64,000 nucleotides of DNA, taken from Octopus vulgaris. Lineage: Eukaryota. Each line of letters opens with the position of its first letter. Positions within the stretch are counted from its first letter, which is position 1. The notes under the pieces were generated by a model that saw only the letters and a list, made by a program, of their open reading frames with translations, made no database searches and was not told where the DNA came from. The position numbers were made by a program, and so were the translations under genes. The stretch is taken from the NCBI GenBank assembly GCA_951406725.2, contig OX597814.1, positions 101,556,001-101,620,000 of the forward strand, written 5' to 3'. Shown here piece after piece: positions 1 through 13,985 of the stretch.

Positions 1-3
1 GTC

Positions 4-65
<62 letters not shown>

Positions 66-965
66 ATATATATTTATACATATAGACATACATACATATG
101 TACATACATATATACATATACATACATGTATGTATATATGGGTGAGGTGTATGTATTTGTGTATCTGTATTTGTCCCCCTACCATCGCTTGACACCGATA
201 TTGGTATGTTGACGTCCCTGTTCGGTAATAGAACCGTATTGAATAAGTACTAGACTTGCGAAGAATAACTCTTGGGGCCTATCTGCTCGGCTAAAGGCTG
301 AGCCCTAGCATGTCCGCAGACAAATGACTGAACAAGTAAAAGAGTAACTATATGTGTGTATGTGTGTATATATATATATATATGTATATATATACGTATG
401 CATACGTGTATATTTGTACACACACACATATATATATATATACGCACATATATATACATATATATTTATATGTATGTTTGTATATATATGTATGCATACA
501 CGCATTGATACATACATGTATACATGCATGCATACGTACATACATACATACATACATACATACGTACGTACATACATACATACATACATACGTACATACA
601 TACATACATACATACGTACATACATACGTACATACATACATACATACATACATACATACATACATACGTACATACATACATACATACATACACACATGTA
701 TATATGTACATATATGTACACACACACACACACACATACACACACACACATATACATATCGTTTGTAGAAAACATGAATCCGTAAGAAGTAGCACACACT
801 AAGATGAAGAGCAGTTTGCATTAAAAATGGGGAACGCCTGTTTAAACCTAAGGTAATCCCATAAACCGACCTTCCCCATTTTTAACAAATATATATATAT
901 ATATACACACACATATACTTATAAATATATACATTTATGAATACGTATTTGTTCAGGTGTATTTC

Positions 966-1012
<47 letters not shown>

Positions 1013-1059
1013 ATGTATATGTATGAGTATATATGCATGTGTGTGTGTCTGTGTGCATG

Positions 1060-1110
<51 letters not shown>

Positions 1111-1157
1111 GTATGTATTTGTATGAGTATATATGCATGTGTGTGTGTCTGTGTGCT

Positions 1158-1203
<46 letters not shown>

Positions 1204-1284
1204 GGTGTATATGTGTGTGTGTATGTGTGTCTGTATGTGTATGTATAAAGAGAGTGAGTGCGGGACAGTGTTATCTGCACACAG

Positions 1285-1315
<31 letters not shown>

Positions 1316-1791
1316 ACGGTATATAAATTCGCATGTATCTAATCAGTTCATAGATTCTTTTATATGCAGAAAAAAAAAATGCAATGAAATCCCCTGCGTG
1401 TTCCGTATTGGTTAAAAGATACCCAATGTGTCCAAATACCTTTTTAATTTTGAGACACAACTGATTTTACATATATATATATATATATACATGCTTTTTG
1501 TCAATATAATCAGACAACGGCGGCTGTGTCACTTATGGCAGACGATATATACTAGCGTATGTGTGTGTGTGTGTGTGTGTGGATCTATATATACCATTAT
1601 AAGTGTCTGTGCGAGTATATGCATCTAGATATGTGTAACAGATCTTATAAAATTTAGTTTCTACATGCGTACATAATGAAACCAATGAAGAATAATTTTT
1701 TAATGTGTATACAAATTAAATTCTTTAACTACGTTCAGGTTTATAGTGATAAAATTTAAATACCATCTATTATCTATGTGGATTTCTGCAT

Positions 1792-1830
<39 letters not shown>

Positions 1831-1902
1831 GTGTGTGTACAAATATATATATATAGAGAGAGAGAGAGATCAATCGATAGATAGATAGGTAGATAGATAT
1901 AA

Positions 1903-1959
<57 letters not shown>

Positions 1960-2205
1960 CATACGTATGTATATGTACATATATATATGTATATATATAT
2001 GCATATATGTATATATACACATATATATATATATACACACACACACATATATATATAGATGTATTTACATATGTATATATATATGTATATGTGTATATGC
2101 ATATATCTATATATGTATATGTATGTATATACATATATATATATGCGTATATATATATGTATATATATGTATATATATGTATATATATGTATGTATATAT
2201 GTATG

Positions 2206-2243
<38 letters not shown>

Positions 2244-2623
2244 CACATATACTAATGTAAACATACAACAAAGTCTCTCTCTTCCGTTTTTCTTTTTCCT
2301 TTCTCTTTTTCTTGTCTCACCCCCTCTCTCTCTCACTTGCTCGCATCGGTGTGTATATTATATGTATCTGTAATATATGTATAATATATGTATATATTTA
2401 TATATATATAATATACGCATATATATGTATACACATATATAGACACACACACACACTCATATATACATACACGCAGGCACACATATACATACAGACTCAC
2501 ACAAATATTTCTATACATGTTTATATATAAATATATAATGAACATGTCTGTGTGGGCGGTTATGGTGTGTGTGTTAGTTGTGTCTATATGCGTATGTATG
2601 TGTAAACGTATAATTAGACAGAC

Positions 2624-2721
<98 letters not shown>

Positions 2722-2930
2722 GTGCATAGATGCATACATACATAGACAGATACATACATACATTCATATAGAGATAAATATAGTTATATATACATATACC
2801 ATACATACACACACACAATACACTCACATACACGCACACATGTGCATACACACACACATATATATGTATGTGTGTTTGTGTGTGTGTGCGTGTGTGTGCG
2901 TGTGTGTGTGTGCGTGTGTGTGTGTGTACA
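1..2930. repeat. Compound microsatellite field: (TA)n, (CA/TG)n, (TACA)n, (GATA)n
   Basis: Directly visible simple repeats; they explain the [12 protein letters not shown] ORFs. Confidence 0.98.
140..345 (+). mobile_element. SINE family B, 3' half
   Basis: Matches the ...catcgcttgaca-ccgat...gaataagtactag...gcatg-ccgcag-caaatgactga-acaagtaaaagag tail of the copies at 11358 and 54290. Confidence 0.8.
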
Positions 2931-3790
2931 AGCTGTGGTTAATTCACTGTCATCTAAATTACGCGCAAAAATGATAATAACACTGACATCTCATTTCAAA
3001 AGATATATTTAAGAAATTACATGAAAATATCTTGAAATACTAAACAGTAAATTATTCAATATAATCGCCACTGGCCTCAACCACGACCTCCAGACGACTT
3101 TGGAATCTCCTACAACTCTTCTAGACAGTCTTGTTTAAATTGGTGAATGCTGCCATAATCCTTGCTATCAGTTCACCTTTGGTGTTACAAGATGTGTTTT
3201 TTTTGGTCTCTCATTTAACTGTGCTCCGCACATAATAATTAAAGGGGATACAGTCTGGAGAGTTAGATGGCCAGCTGTTAGGGGTGATGTAGTAGCAGAA
3301 CTTGTCAGACAGCTATGACAGGGTTCTCCTGCTTGTGTGGCATGGTGCAGAGTCCTGTTGTCAGACATAGGGTCTCCCAGTAGCCACCCTCTTGACCCAT
3401 TGTAACACTACTTCCACCGTGTTGAGTCAGAGGCCATGTGGGAAGATGAATGGAGGATTAACGTCGCTATCTCTAGTGATTACTCCAAACACCATGATGT
3501 TGACTGGATGTTTGATTTTTATCACTTTCGGTATATGTTTTGGGGACACGGCAAGCCAACTGTTGGTCTGATTGTTCAGCATCTGTTCGTATTGGTGCTT
3601 TCGGCGCGAATGCCAAGCAGTACAGCATGTTGTTTCCAAATTTCTGGCAGAGTGAATCACGTCATGGTGCTGTTTTCCTCACAGACGGTGTCCAACTGAT
3701 CCTACTATACTGTGTACTCGACAAAATCAAAAACAAACAATGCCCATGCGCGAAATTAAAAACATAAAATGCCCACAATTTTCCCATTTT
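2929..3790 (-). mobile_element. Decayed, internally deleted Tc1/mariner transposon, maT (DD37D)-like
   Basis: Minus-strand translation: KHPVNIMVFGVIT..PPFIFPHGL, then GRPYV*QQDSAPCHTSRRT..ITPNSWPSNSPDCIPFNYY..EASGDYIE*. 37 residues lie between the second D and the third catalytic position (here N). An N-terminal piece near 3600-3665 is fused directly to the catalytic region. Confidence 0.9.
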
Positions 3791-3815
3791 GTGTGTGTGT
3801 TTGTTTGTGTGTGTT

Positions 3816-3882
<67 letters not shown>

Positions 3883-4015
3883 TGTTCGTGTGTGTGTGTT
3901 TGTGTGTGCGTGGGTGATGTGAATGTATTTGCCTGACTGGTTGTAATATATCAACCATCGGAATAGGACCACTAATCTGTGAAATACCGGTCCACTATCT
4001 AATGTGTGAGTGTGA

Positions 4016-4092
<77 letters not shown>

Positions 4093-4175
4093 TGTCTGTG
4101 TGCGTGAGTGTCGGCGTGTGTGTGTTTGTGTGCGTGTGTGTGCGTGTTTTTGTATGTGGATGCGCGGGCTCGTAT

Positions 4176-4264
<89 letters not shown>

Positions 4265-4265
4265 C
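3790..4265. repeat. (TG)n and (GATA)n microsatellites
   Basis: Direct observation. Confidence 0.97.
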
Positions 4266-4439
4266 GTATTTTTGTAAAGTTTGGAATGGTTTACACAAAA
4301 CACATGATCTATTTATGTCGGATTCGGAGAAGACAGAGACAGTTTTGTTTCTAAAGTTTACAAAACAGGATACCAGTTACATACTGAGGTAGATATCATT
4401 TAATGATGCTTTATCTTCTATCTTTTATCCTTTTTATCT

Positions 4440-4602
4440 TTTCATTGTTTCAGTCATCAGATTGCAGCCGTGCTAGAACACCGCCCTGAAGAATCTCTGT
4501 CAAATTAATCGAACTTAGTGCTTATTTTTTTACTTATTCTATCGAGCTCCTTTGCCGAACCGCTAGATTACAGTGAGATAAACACACCAACACCGGTTTT
4601 CA

Positions 4603-4678
<76 letters not shown>

Positions 4679-4812
4679 CAAATCCACTCACAAGGCCTTA
4701 GTTGGCCGAGGTTATATAGTAGAGGCACTTGCTCAAGGTGCCACACAATGGGACTGGACCTGGAATTATGTTGTTAGGAAGCAAACTTCTTAAGACACAC
4801 AATCACGCCTGC
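4440..4812 (-). mobile_element. SINE family B with internal (GATA)n
   Basis: Reverse complement of the family B head (aatccactcacaaggc..ggccgagg-tata..cacttgctcaaggtgccac) and tail. Confidence 0.8.
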
Positions 4813-6376
4813 TTAGAAGCATTGTTGCATTTTTGTTTCGTGCAAAATAGTGAAGTGCTCAATACCTGATTCAATGCAGATTATTCAGGAGCCTTGGCAA
4901 ATGCCGAAATGTGCGTGTCTTGCGCGTGCTATTTTCCTACTTTGTGCACCCTCTTCTCCCAAATCTACAATTAACAGTACCCTTTAGCAATTTTTTTCCA
5001 ACTATCTGCATTATACCAGTTGATAAATGCAGTTTTACGATTCATATCACTGAATAAATCAGACAAAATTTGAAATGTTTCGCGCCAAATGATTCGATAA
5101 GTCATAACACCACGCAACCGTCTCAACATCACAACTCTTTCTATTCTTTTCTGCTTTATTTTGGTTAAGGAATTCTGTTTAAATTATTTAGAATTTGTGG
5201 AGAATACTCCCTGCATATTGGTGGCCTGGACGATCGCCTAGTTTGCACAGTGTACAGGGCCGGTTCTGCTCACTATGTTCTCGATCAGTGTCTTGTGGAG
5301 TGTAACTAGTTTCGTCCTATGGTTTCGCTAATATGCAGAGATTTAAATTCATCGACCTTTCACAGACACTGTTCAATAACCAGAACATGTTCTGCTGAAG
5401 ATTATATGTCTGACGAAGTGAACATGATGTGGGACATCATCATCAACAAAAACAACAACAACGCTACAGCAAATTATACCCTTATTATAACTGTAATACT
5501 TTTGATGATTTATGTTTTATTCAGTTTGAAGATTTCATGTAGCGATTCAAGTGCGGCATAACATATACCTAAATAGTTTATCGTTATGCCCCGTTTCCCT
5601 CCCTATACTCTACTATGTAATATCTACATGTTAAAGCCTGCAACTTTATGTTACCTCAATTACCTATTACGCTGAGCTATTTCCACACTGCTGTACAAAC
5701 TTGGAGCCTCATATAACAAGTCGTTGGTAAATGCCGGAATATAAACCTCTAATGCACCGTCCCTCCATTCACCATACTCTTTCGATTTATCACAATATTT
5801 TTTTATTTATATATTTTTTCAAGTTAATCAAGGAAGGAAGGGACGGTGTCCCTGACCTTTTCGACCTCTCCCATCCTCGTGATATTGATACAGCTGATCC
5901 CAAAGCCGAACATCTGCAGATCAATATTTGCAGTAAAAACGTTGGCAAGTAGGGAACTAGTGGTCTGGTCAGAATACTTGCAAGAGAGTGAACTCCGCTA
6001 AAAGGCATCTAAGAGCCAGGTGTTGGTGTTTAACCAGGCTAGTTTAACATCTTAGGCCTATCACCCGGATATGATAACATATAATTATTTTTAACATTCG
6101 TTATCGTCTTATATATTTATCAAAACAATTATAAAGGATTGTGAGAGGTTTTTGGATAGTTTTAATCAATTTCTTTTTCTTTTACTCAAAAGAATTATTG
6201 ATGGAAGTGAAAAGTGAAAGGTAGTAATACTAAATCAATTCAAATGGAAATTATTTGTCAAGTTAGTTAATAGTGTGCAAGCTAATATTTAATATATTTT
6301 TCTCCAAACGATTAATTCATTCATTCAAAAGAAATAGTGTGAAACAGGTATTGACATTCATACCTTCCCTACTGGT

Positions 6377-6579
6377 ATTCCTTTCTACTCTAGTCATAAG
6401 GCCCGTAATTTTGGGGGAGGGAGCAGTCGATTAGGTCGACCCCAGTACACAACTAGTACTTAATTCATCGACCACGAAAGGATAAAAGGCAAAGTCGATC
6501 TCGGCGGAATTTGTACTCAGAACGTAAATACTGCTAAGCATTATCGCCTGGCGTGCTAACGTTTCTGCTAGTTCGCCGC
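6377..6579 (-). mobile_element. SINE family A with 15-bp TSD
   Basis: Core gaaaggataaaaggcaaagtcgatctcggcggaattt; TSD accttccctactggt at 6362-6376 and 6581-6595. Confidence 0.9.
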
Positions 6580-8284
6580 AACCTTCCCTACTGGTGTTAC
6601 CCATACAAACGAAAACTTAGTAGAATCGGACAAAAGATTAATGGTGGCTATATTATTTGAAGTGATTAGTTGAAATTATCAAAAATTTCAAGATATTCTT
6701 GATAAAATGACTTGCAGTCTTCTATTTCCAAGAGTTTAATTTATGGTTCGCATAAATGATAGATGATAGATGTATTTTCGTAGAAAGGGAACAAGAGAGT
6801 GATCTTCGTGCCTTTCCCAACGAAAATAGTGAGGCGAATTAGAAGTACCCTTGACAAAACGCATCTTAGACATTTAGTACAGGATAGCGCCATTCCAACA
6901 TAATATACTAGATTTGCAAGCGTATAAGACGCTCTCTCTCAAAAGAGGCATCCCTATTTTATAAGTATATTTTGTCGGGGGAAAATAAGAAATTTAATGT
7001 TTCAGCATACATTTCTTGAAAGATATTTTAAAGTGATTTTGTACGAGAAAATCATGATTTTGTGCAAGTAAATAAAATGCTGTGATAGTATACTTGAATA
7101 AAATATGAAATCATAAATTTACCATACATGAATTACCTTATACAGTAGATCAATTGTATAAGTTGTTTGCATTTGGATGTGAAACTCGTATTTTGGGCTA
7201 TGATTAAATTTTTTTTTTCTGTTATTGCGATCGGTGTTGCAGCACCGTTTATGGTTTTGTTGTCATTCGCTCTTTGCAAATAGCTGACAAGCGGATGAAA
7301 GTTCAGCATTCCTTTCAGCTTTCTAGGGGAATTTTCATTTAGTTAATCAAAAAATCTATCTTAAAGGTAAAATTCCATTAAATAGTGTAAGGCGCATATC
7401 AGGTGTGAGTTATATATGCTAAAGAAGGAGATATATTCAGATGATGTGACTTTCCACTTAACCGCCGACGTACTGTAAGTAAGGATTCATAGATTGTGCA
7501 GACAAACTAGGATAATTTGGCTTGTTTTGAATATTTTATTGGTAGTAGCAATTACTGCGCCTAGCAGACTTATGTTTATCCGGCTCCCTTGCCTATAACA
7601 TTCGGTCGCTCGTCTGCAATACTGCTGCATGAGATGAAGGGTAAAACAACAACAACAAAAAAAGGGAGCGTGTTTTACATGCCAGCAAACACGATGTCAG
7701 TTCCTAGCATAAGCAAATAGTCATAAATTCAATGGGAGAGGTTAGACAATTATTTTGACGCCAGTACTTCATTGGCTTTACAGTTTATCCACCTTGGTAT
7801 AATGACAGACAAATTTCAACCCGAGAGGATTTGAACCCATAAGGTAAAGAGCCGAAACAGCTACCGCAATGGATTTTGTCTAATGTTCTAACGATTCCAT
7901 CACCCCTTCGTATTTATATGATGTAACGTGATACAATATACTATACTATATAACATATGATATAATTTAAACATAACACACTATAATAAAATAGAATATA
8001 ACATAACACCTTATAATATAATATATGATAAATTTGATGTCAAAATATTTTAGAAGCGTAAGGAGTTAAACTAAATTTCAATGACTGATAGCAAGTCATG
8101 ACTTTATAGTTGAGAGATTTAGCCTCAGATGGTACTACTAATAGTGCCATCTTTAGGGACAGACACACTGAACAGTTTACCGGGTTCCCCAGGAGGTCTA
8201 GAGAAAGATCCAATGTTAATCTATGTATGTTATGGTTTTGTATGTGGGGGCCCCAGTGCACTGCTTTACTAGAGTAAAGATCCT

Positions 8285-8605
8285 TTTCGGTCATGGTTGA
8301 CTATGGGATTGCACCTAGAAAGTTACCCTCCTAGGCACAAGTCCGGGCAAGGTTGTTTTATGGAAGACCAGCAGTCGCCCATGCATACCAGCCACCCCTC
8401 TCCACGTCACCGATGATATCCAAGGGAAAGGCAAAGGCCGATACAGCTTGACACCAGTGACGTCGCAACTCATTTCTACGGCCTGCGTGAAGCAGAGTAA
8501 CATGGAATAAAGTCTTGCTCAAGAATGCAACACGCAGCTCGGTCTGGAAATCAAGTTCACTACCTCATGATTGTGAGCCCGACGATCTAGCCACTTAGCC
8601 ATCTG
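8285..8605 (-). mobile_element. SINE family C, tail type 1
   Basis: Reverse complement of the copy at 35280-35590; tRNA-like head plus cttgagcaagac core. Confidence 0.85.
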
Positions 8606-8824
8606 TAATGTTGTTAAAATTGCCCTTAGGGTATGAAAGTGAAAGTAAAGTCTGACAGATTTTGAACTCAAACTCTGTCAGATGGTACTAAAAACACGAG
8701 GGTATTTATCTAGTCGTAGGCGACTACATAAACAGAATATCAGTCATCTCACTGTCAAATTGGAGACCTGTACACGCTCGTTTGAACGAGTAGAAGTTGT
8801 GAGCATCATACATTACCATATACA

Positions 8825-9035
8825 TTCCAAGTTTTGACACAAAACTAGTAATTTCGATGGAAGGTTTAAGCCCATTACTTCGAAGCCAGGGCTGAACTGA
8901 TACTTATTTTACCGACCCCGAATGGATGAAAAGCAAAGTCGACCCCAGTTGCATTAGAACTCAGAACGCAAAGACGAACAGCATATCGCTTAGCATTTTG
9001 TCCGACGCGGTAATGATTCTACCACCTAACCGCAT
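8825..9035 (-). mobile_element. SINE family A, diverged, with TSD
   Basis: Core match; flanks catacattaccatat / catacactaccatat. Confidence 0.75.
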
Positions 9036-9714
9036 TATCATACACTACCATATTAAAAACAAGACATTGAATAAATATTTATATAAATAAAAGACGTGAT
9101 GGTCACGGATGGAAAAACTTCGATCATAGATAGGTTTGATCCAGTGGGATAACATAAAGCTAAACATCATAATAACAAATAACCTTATATACTAAAATAG
9201 AACTAACAAGCTAATACAACTGGAGTATTTATACCATTTGTTATATCAACTCGGAATAATACAATAATATATACGATTTAATATAATATAACCATATTAA
9301 ATACCTTTATATAATATATTATATAAAGTACACAGTATTAAATCACTAAATACTGCATCAATTGTATAATAGGCAGCGAAGAAATGTTATTAAGCGTCAA
9401 CTGGCTGTCGAAGAGGAAGGGGGACATAAATTATAATTATCAAGAGTTCACTCCCTTATCATTTCTATCTCGCTAACTGTAAATAACTCAGCATAATAAA
9501 ATCTCTTGATCTAGAAAAGTGGGTAAATTAAATAAAGAGATAGTGAAGTTCCGTACTGCAGACGTGATTATTATATAAGCTAGAAGCACATATTATGCAC
9601 AATGTATGTAGTTGACACATATGCAGTTTAGCGCGCCTATGAGAGGAAAGTATCGTTACATTATTAAAAATTTAGATGCGATGGTTCGGTTTATAGTTTT
9701 GCTATCGTTGTCAA

Positions 9715-9941
9715 TCGCTGTCGTCGTCGTCGTGGTTGTTGTTGTTGTCGTTATTGTTGTTGTTGTTGGTGGTGGTGGTGGTAATGATGATGATGATGAT
9801 GATGATAATGACGATGTGGTTGTTGTTGTTGTTTGTGTAGTCGAAGTCAGACTAGTTCGAATAGGATTAGTCACGTATTCCGGGTATGCTTGTGATACAC
9901 CCAAAACAATGGCTAGAACAGCATTGCACACATTGATACGT

Positions 9942-10028
<87 letters not shown>

Positions 10029-10235
10029 TTCACAGCTTTTAAAACACAAGCAGCTTTTAGGAAGTTTGATATATAATATACGTACATACATACATACATA
10101 CTCTCATACATACAGACAGACAGTCAAACAGACACATACATAGATACACACATACATACATACATACATACATACATACATACATACATACATACATACA
10201 TACATACATACATACATACATACATACATACATAC
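9715..10235. repeat. (GTY)n/(GGT)n/(GAT)n, then (CA)n and (TACA)n
   Basis: Direct observation. Confidence 0.95.
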
Positions 10236-10349
10236 ATCTTCGGAGATGTCTTATATAGAAACATTTTTGGAACGATAAACCTTGAAGTAGACAAAGCTAT
10301 AAGCAACAGCATGTAAATGTGTGTATGTATATATGTATATGTGTATGTA

Positions 10350-10870
10350 TGCGTGTTTTTATGTCTGTGTTTGTGCCCCACCACCGCTTGACACCGGTAG
10401 GTGTGTTTACATTCCCGTTTTCTAGCGGTTCGGCATAAGAGAGCGATGGAAAAAGCACCAGGTTTATAAAACAAGTAGACACTATGGTCTATCCATATAC
10501 GATCATATTTCTTTGGAGCGCAGCCCCAGCATGGCCGCAACCCCAACATGGATGCATCCTCAGCATAGCCGCAGCTTTAGCATGGCCGCAGCCGCAGCCG
10601 AACCGCAGCCCCGGCAAGGCCGCAGCCCCAACATGGCCACAACCTCAGCATGGCCGCAGCTTCAGCATGACCGAAGTCCCAGCATGGCCGCAGCCCCAGC
10701 ATGCCATAATAGGCGCAGACGTGGTTGTGTGGTAAGAAGTTTGTTTCCCGGCCATTTTGCTTCAGGTTCAATCCACCGTGTGTGTCCTAGGATAGGAGCC
10801 TCCTACTATTGGCCGCAGAGACTAAATCCTTGTGAATAGATCTGGTGAACGGAAACGGAAAGTCGTTGTA
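10350..10870 (+). mobile_element. SINE family B pieces (3' half, then a 5' half) flanking a tail-derived minisatellite
   Basis: Family B tail at 10350-10530; head gtggttgtgtggtaagaagtttg at about 10720. Confidence 0.7.
10521..10705 (+). repeat. 17-bp minisatellite, about 11 diverged units of CCAGCATGGCCGCAGCC
   Basis: Tandem units visible; the unit matches the family B tail motif ccagcatggccgcag. Confidence 0.9.
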
Positions 10871-10890
10871 CGTGTGTGTGTGTGTGTGTA

Positions 10891-10921
<31 letters not shown>

Positions 10922-11357
10922 CTGTGTCTGTGTGTGTATCTGTGCGTGTGAGTGTGTGTGTGCGCGCGCGCGTGTGTGTGTGCGTGCACGTGAGTGCGAG
11001 TGTGTATTTTTGTTTGTGTCTGAATAGATCTCTGATATTACTCTGCTTATCATGATGTGCCTTTTAGTATTATGCTTTTAACAACCTTAAGTATAGAACT
11101 AATCATTACTAATCGAGGTTCTATTTTTCTTTCCCGAAACTTCGAATTTCCTTAATTCACTCAAGTCAGGACTTCCGTAGCTGTGGGCTTGAAAAGATTT
11201 AAAATGAGAGTTATTGGTATCAATCAGCCCTGCCCAGGCGCGCCTACGAAGGACATAGGTATTGAAACGTTTTCCGGCCTTGTTAAACAAAAACAAATAA
11301 ACATTAAAAAAATCGAGTATAGGTACAGGCATGGCTGTGTTGTTAAGAAGTGCAGGA

Positions 11358-11750
11358 GTGGGTGTGTGGTAAGTAGCTTGCTTACCAACCACATGGTTCC
11401 GTGTCCAGTCCCACTGAGTGGCACTTTGGACAAGTGTCTTCTACTATAGCCTCGGGCCGACCAAAGCCTTGTGAGTGGATTTGGTAGACGGAAACTGAAA
11501 GAAACCCGTCATATATATGTATATGTATGTATATATGTGTGTGTGTGTTTGTGTGTCTGTGTTTGTCCCCCCAACATCGCTCGACAACCGATGCTGATGT
11601 GTTTACGTCCCCGTAACTTAGTGGTTCGGCAAAAGAAACTGATAGAATAAGTACTAGGCTTACAAAGAATAAGTCCTGAGGTCGATTTACTCGACTAAAT
11701 GCGGTGCTCCAGCATGGCCGCAGTCAAATGACTGTAACAAGAATAAAAGA
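11358..11750 (+). mobile_element. SINE family B, full length
   Basis: A-box-like tgtgtggtaag, degenerate B-box, core caagtgtcttctactatagcctcgggccgacc, internal (TA/TG)n and conserved tail; head start duplicated from about 11327. Confidence 0.92.
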
Positions 11751-11849
11751 ATAACCGATCTAGTTCAATCCTACTGATTAAAGGTATTCCAAGTGTGATA
11801 AGTCTTTATTCTTTTTCTTTTGCCAGACTGTAACAAGTAAAAGAGTACA

Positions 11850-12185
11850 AGAGTAAGTGGTTAAGATGTAAAGGAATTTGGTAGACGAAAACTGTGTTGA
11901 AGCACAGCGTGTGTGTGTGTGTGTGTAAAACACACGCTCTCACAGGCACTCACACACACGGAACACACGCACACACATACACATACACTGCTTGAAAACC
12001 GGTGTTGGCATATTTAGGCCTACGTCTCTTAGAGGTCCGGCACAAGATAGCTGATCGAATAAGTAACAGATTTTTGAAAAAATAAGTACTGGAATCGAAT
12101 TCGTCCGCAAAAAAAAAAAAGAAATCCTTCAAAGCGATGTCCCATGATGGCTGCAGTCCAATAACCAAAACAAGTAATAGAGAAA
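11850..12185 (+). mobile_element. SINE family B, diverged and partial
   Basis: atttggtagacgaaaactg, internal microsatellite and tail ...atggctgcagtccaataaccaaaacaagtaa. Confidence 0.65.
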
Positions 12186-12429
12186 AAAACGATAAAAGAA
12201 AATATATCCAACAATCAAAATATACAAAAAAAAATCTGATGACATTGTCAAGAAGTTGAACGCGATGACACAATGTTATAAAAATCTATCATGGCGGCCA
12301 GCGGACAGAATCGTTAGCACACCGAACAAAATATCTACCGGCATTTCGCATGTTTATAAGTTCTATCTTCAAATTCTGCTGAGGTTGACTATACCCCTTT
12401 CATCCTCCCGGGTGCAGGGGTGGGGTCTA

Positions 12430-12460
<31 letters not shown>

Positions 12461-12516
12461 CATAAAACACACACACACATACACACACACACACACAAAC
12501 ACATATATATATATAT

Positions 12517-12606
<90 letters not shown>

Positions 12607-12615
12607 ATATATATA

Positions 12616-12663
<48 letters not shown>

Positions 12664-12668
<5 letters not shown>

Positions 12669-13508
12669 GTTGGACATAATAATAGAAACACCTAGCATCA
12701 TATATCTATAAAGCCGTCAGAAGTGTTTTTTTTATTTACTATTAGTGTTCCTTAATATGTTTTGCTAAAATTACTGTTTCATTTTAGATATCATAAGAAA
12801 AAGGTAATTAAAATTCATTCAAATGACAGATCTATTGGACTTTCAAAGAGGTAAAATTGTTGGTGCTCGTATGGCAGGCGCTAGCGTAACGAAAACAGCC
12901 GAAATGTTTGGTGTATCAAGAAGTACTGTCTTAAAGATAATGACAGCCTTTGAAAAAGAGAGAAAAACCTCTTCGTCGAAACAAAACTTCGAAAGAAAAC
13001 CCAAACTTTCAGATAGGGACCGTCGAACTCTGACGTGAATTGTTAGAAAGGGTCACAAACTTACAGCTCCCAAAATTACTGCAGAGCTTAATGACCACCT
13101 CGAGAGCCCAGTTTCCAAGAAAACTGTTCACCGGGAGCTGCACAAAGCCGGATTTCACGCGAGAGCTGCAATCAGAAAACCACTACTTTCAAAAACAAAT
13201 GTTGCAAAGCGATTAGAGTGGAGTAAAAACCTACAGAATTGGTCCCTAGAGCAGTGGAATATTTTCTCGGACGAGTCATCCTTTACCTTATTTCCAATCA
13301 CCGGTCAAGTATACGTGTGGAGACAGCCAAAAGAAGCCTTTGACCCAGACTGCCTTCTTCCAACTCTGAAACTTTTTGGAGGATCTCTGATGATCTGGGA
13401 AATCCGCCAGCCCAATGGTTTCCCCTCATGGCAGAATTAATAGTAAAGACTATTTAAGCATTTTATCTGATTAAATTCATCCTATGGTTGCAGAACTGTT
13501 TGCGGAAC
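12664..13508 (+). mobile_element. Tc1-like transposon, 5' part with left TIR; transposase pseudogene truncated after the first catalytic D
   Basis: TA followed by TIR-like (c>t)aggggttggacataataatagaaacacc. From 12823: MTDLLDFQRGKIVGARMAGASVTKTAEMFGVSRSTV..RKPKLSDRDRRTLT*IVRK..AAIRKPLLS..QWNIFSDESSF..YVWRQPKEAFDPDCLLPT..GGSLMIW. Confidence 0.95.
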
Positions 13509-13509
13509 T

Positions 13510-13755
13510 GCTGGTCACAATGAACATTGTTGTAGCTTCAGAATAACGCCATCCTGCTGGCTAGATGGGCAGGCCAATATTCCAACCCCAACCCCAACCC
13601 CACCCCAAACATGGAATGCCTGTCCGTCGCAAACGTGTGGATTGGAGCGACATGAAATGAAGGGTTTTTATTAAGAACACAATGCGCTACCGGTGTGGGA
13701 ATCGAAACCGCAATCTTGCGATAGCGAGTGTATCATTCTAACCACTAGGCAACGC

Positions 13756-13760
<5 letters not shown>
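13510..13760 (-). mobile_element. SINE family C interrupting the Tc1 element
   Basis: ggagcgacatgaaatgaag..aagaacacaatgcg..gggaatcgaaacc..ctaaccactaggcaacgcg is the reverse family C head. Confidence 0.75.
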
Positions 13761-13806
<46 letters not shown>

Positions 13807-13816
13807 AATACATATC

Positions 13817-13868
<52 letters not shown>

Positions 13869-13873
13869 TATAT

Positions 13874-13985
<112 letters not shown>

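Noticed and set aside
250-2857. Many overlapping ORFs ([16 protein letters not shown]), also common elsewhere in the window
   Set aside because: Stop-free frames of di- and tetranucleotide microsatellites on both strands
5731-6008. Overlapping 72-73 aa ORFs in a slightly GC-richer patch
   Set aside because: No recognisable domain and no convincing splice signals
6905-6990. gcgtataagacgc resembling a Tc2/pogo-type TIR
   Set aside because: No matching opposite TIR or transposase relic found
7441-7474. Possible 34-nt micro-exon (cag|...|gtaagt, DDVTFHLTADV)
   Set aside because: No polypyrimidine tract and no partner exons; such motifs occur by chance in 64 kb
10521-10705. CRISPR-like regular repeats and the WPQPQH peptide repeat
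   Set aside because: No unique spacers, no cas genes, eukaryotic context; the 17-bp unit is SINE-derived and not a multiple of 3
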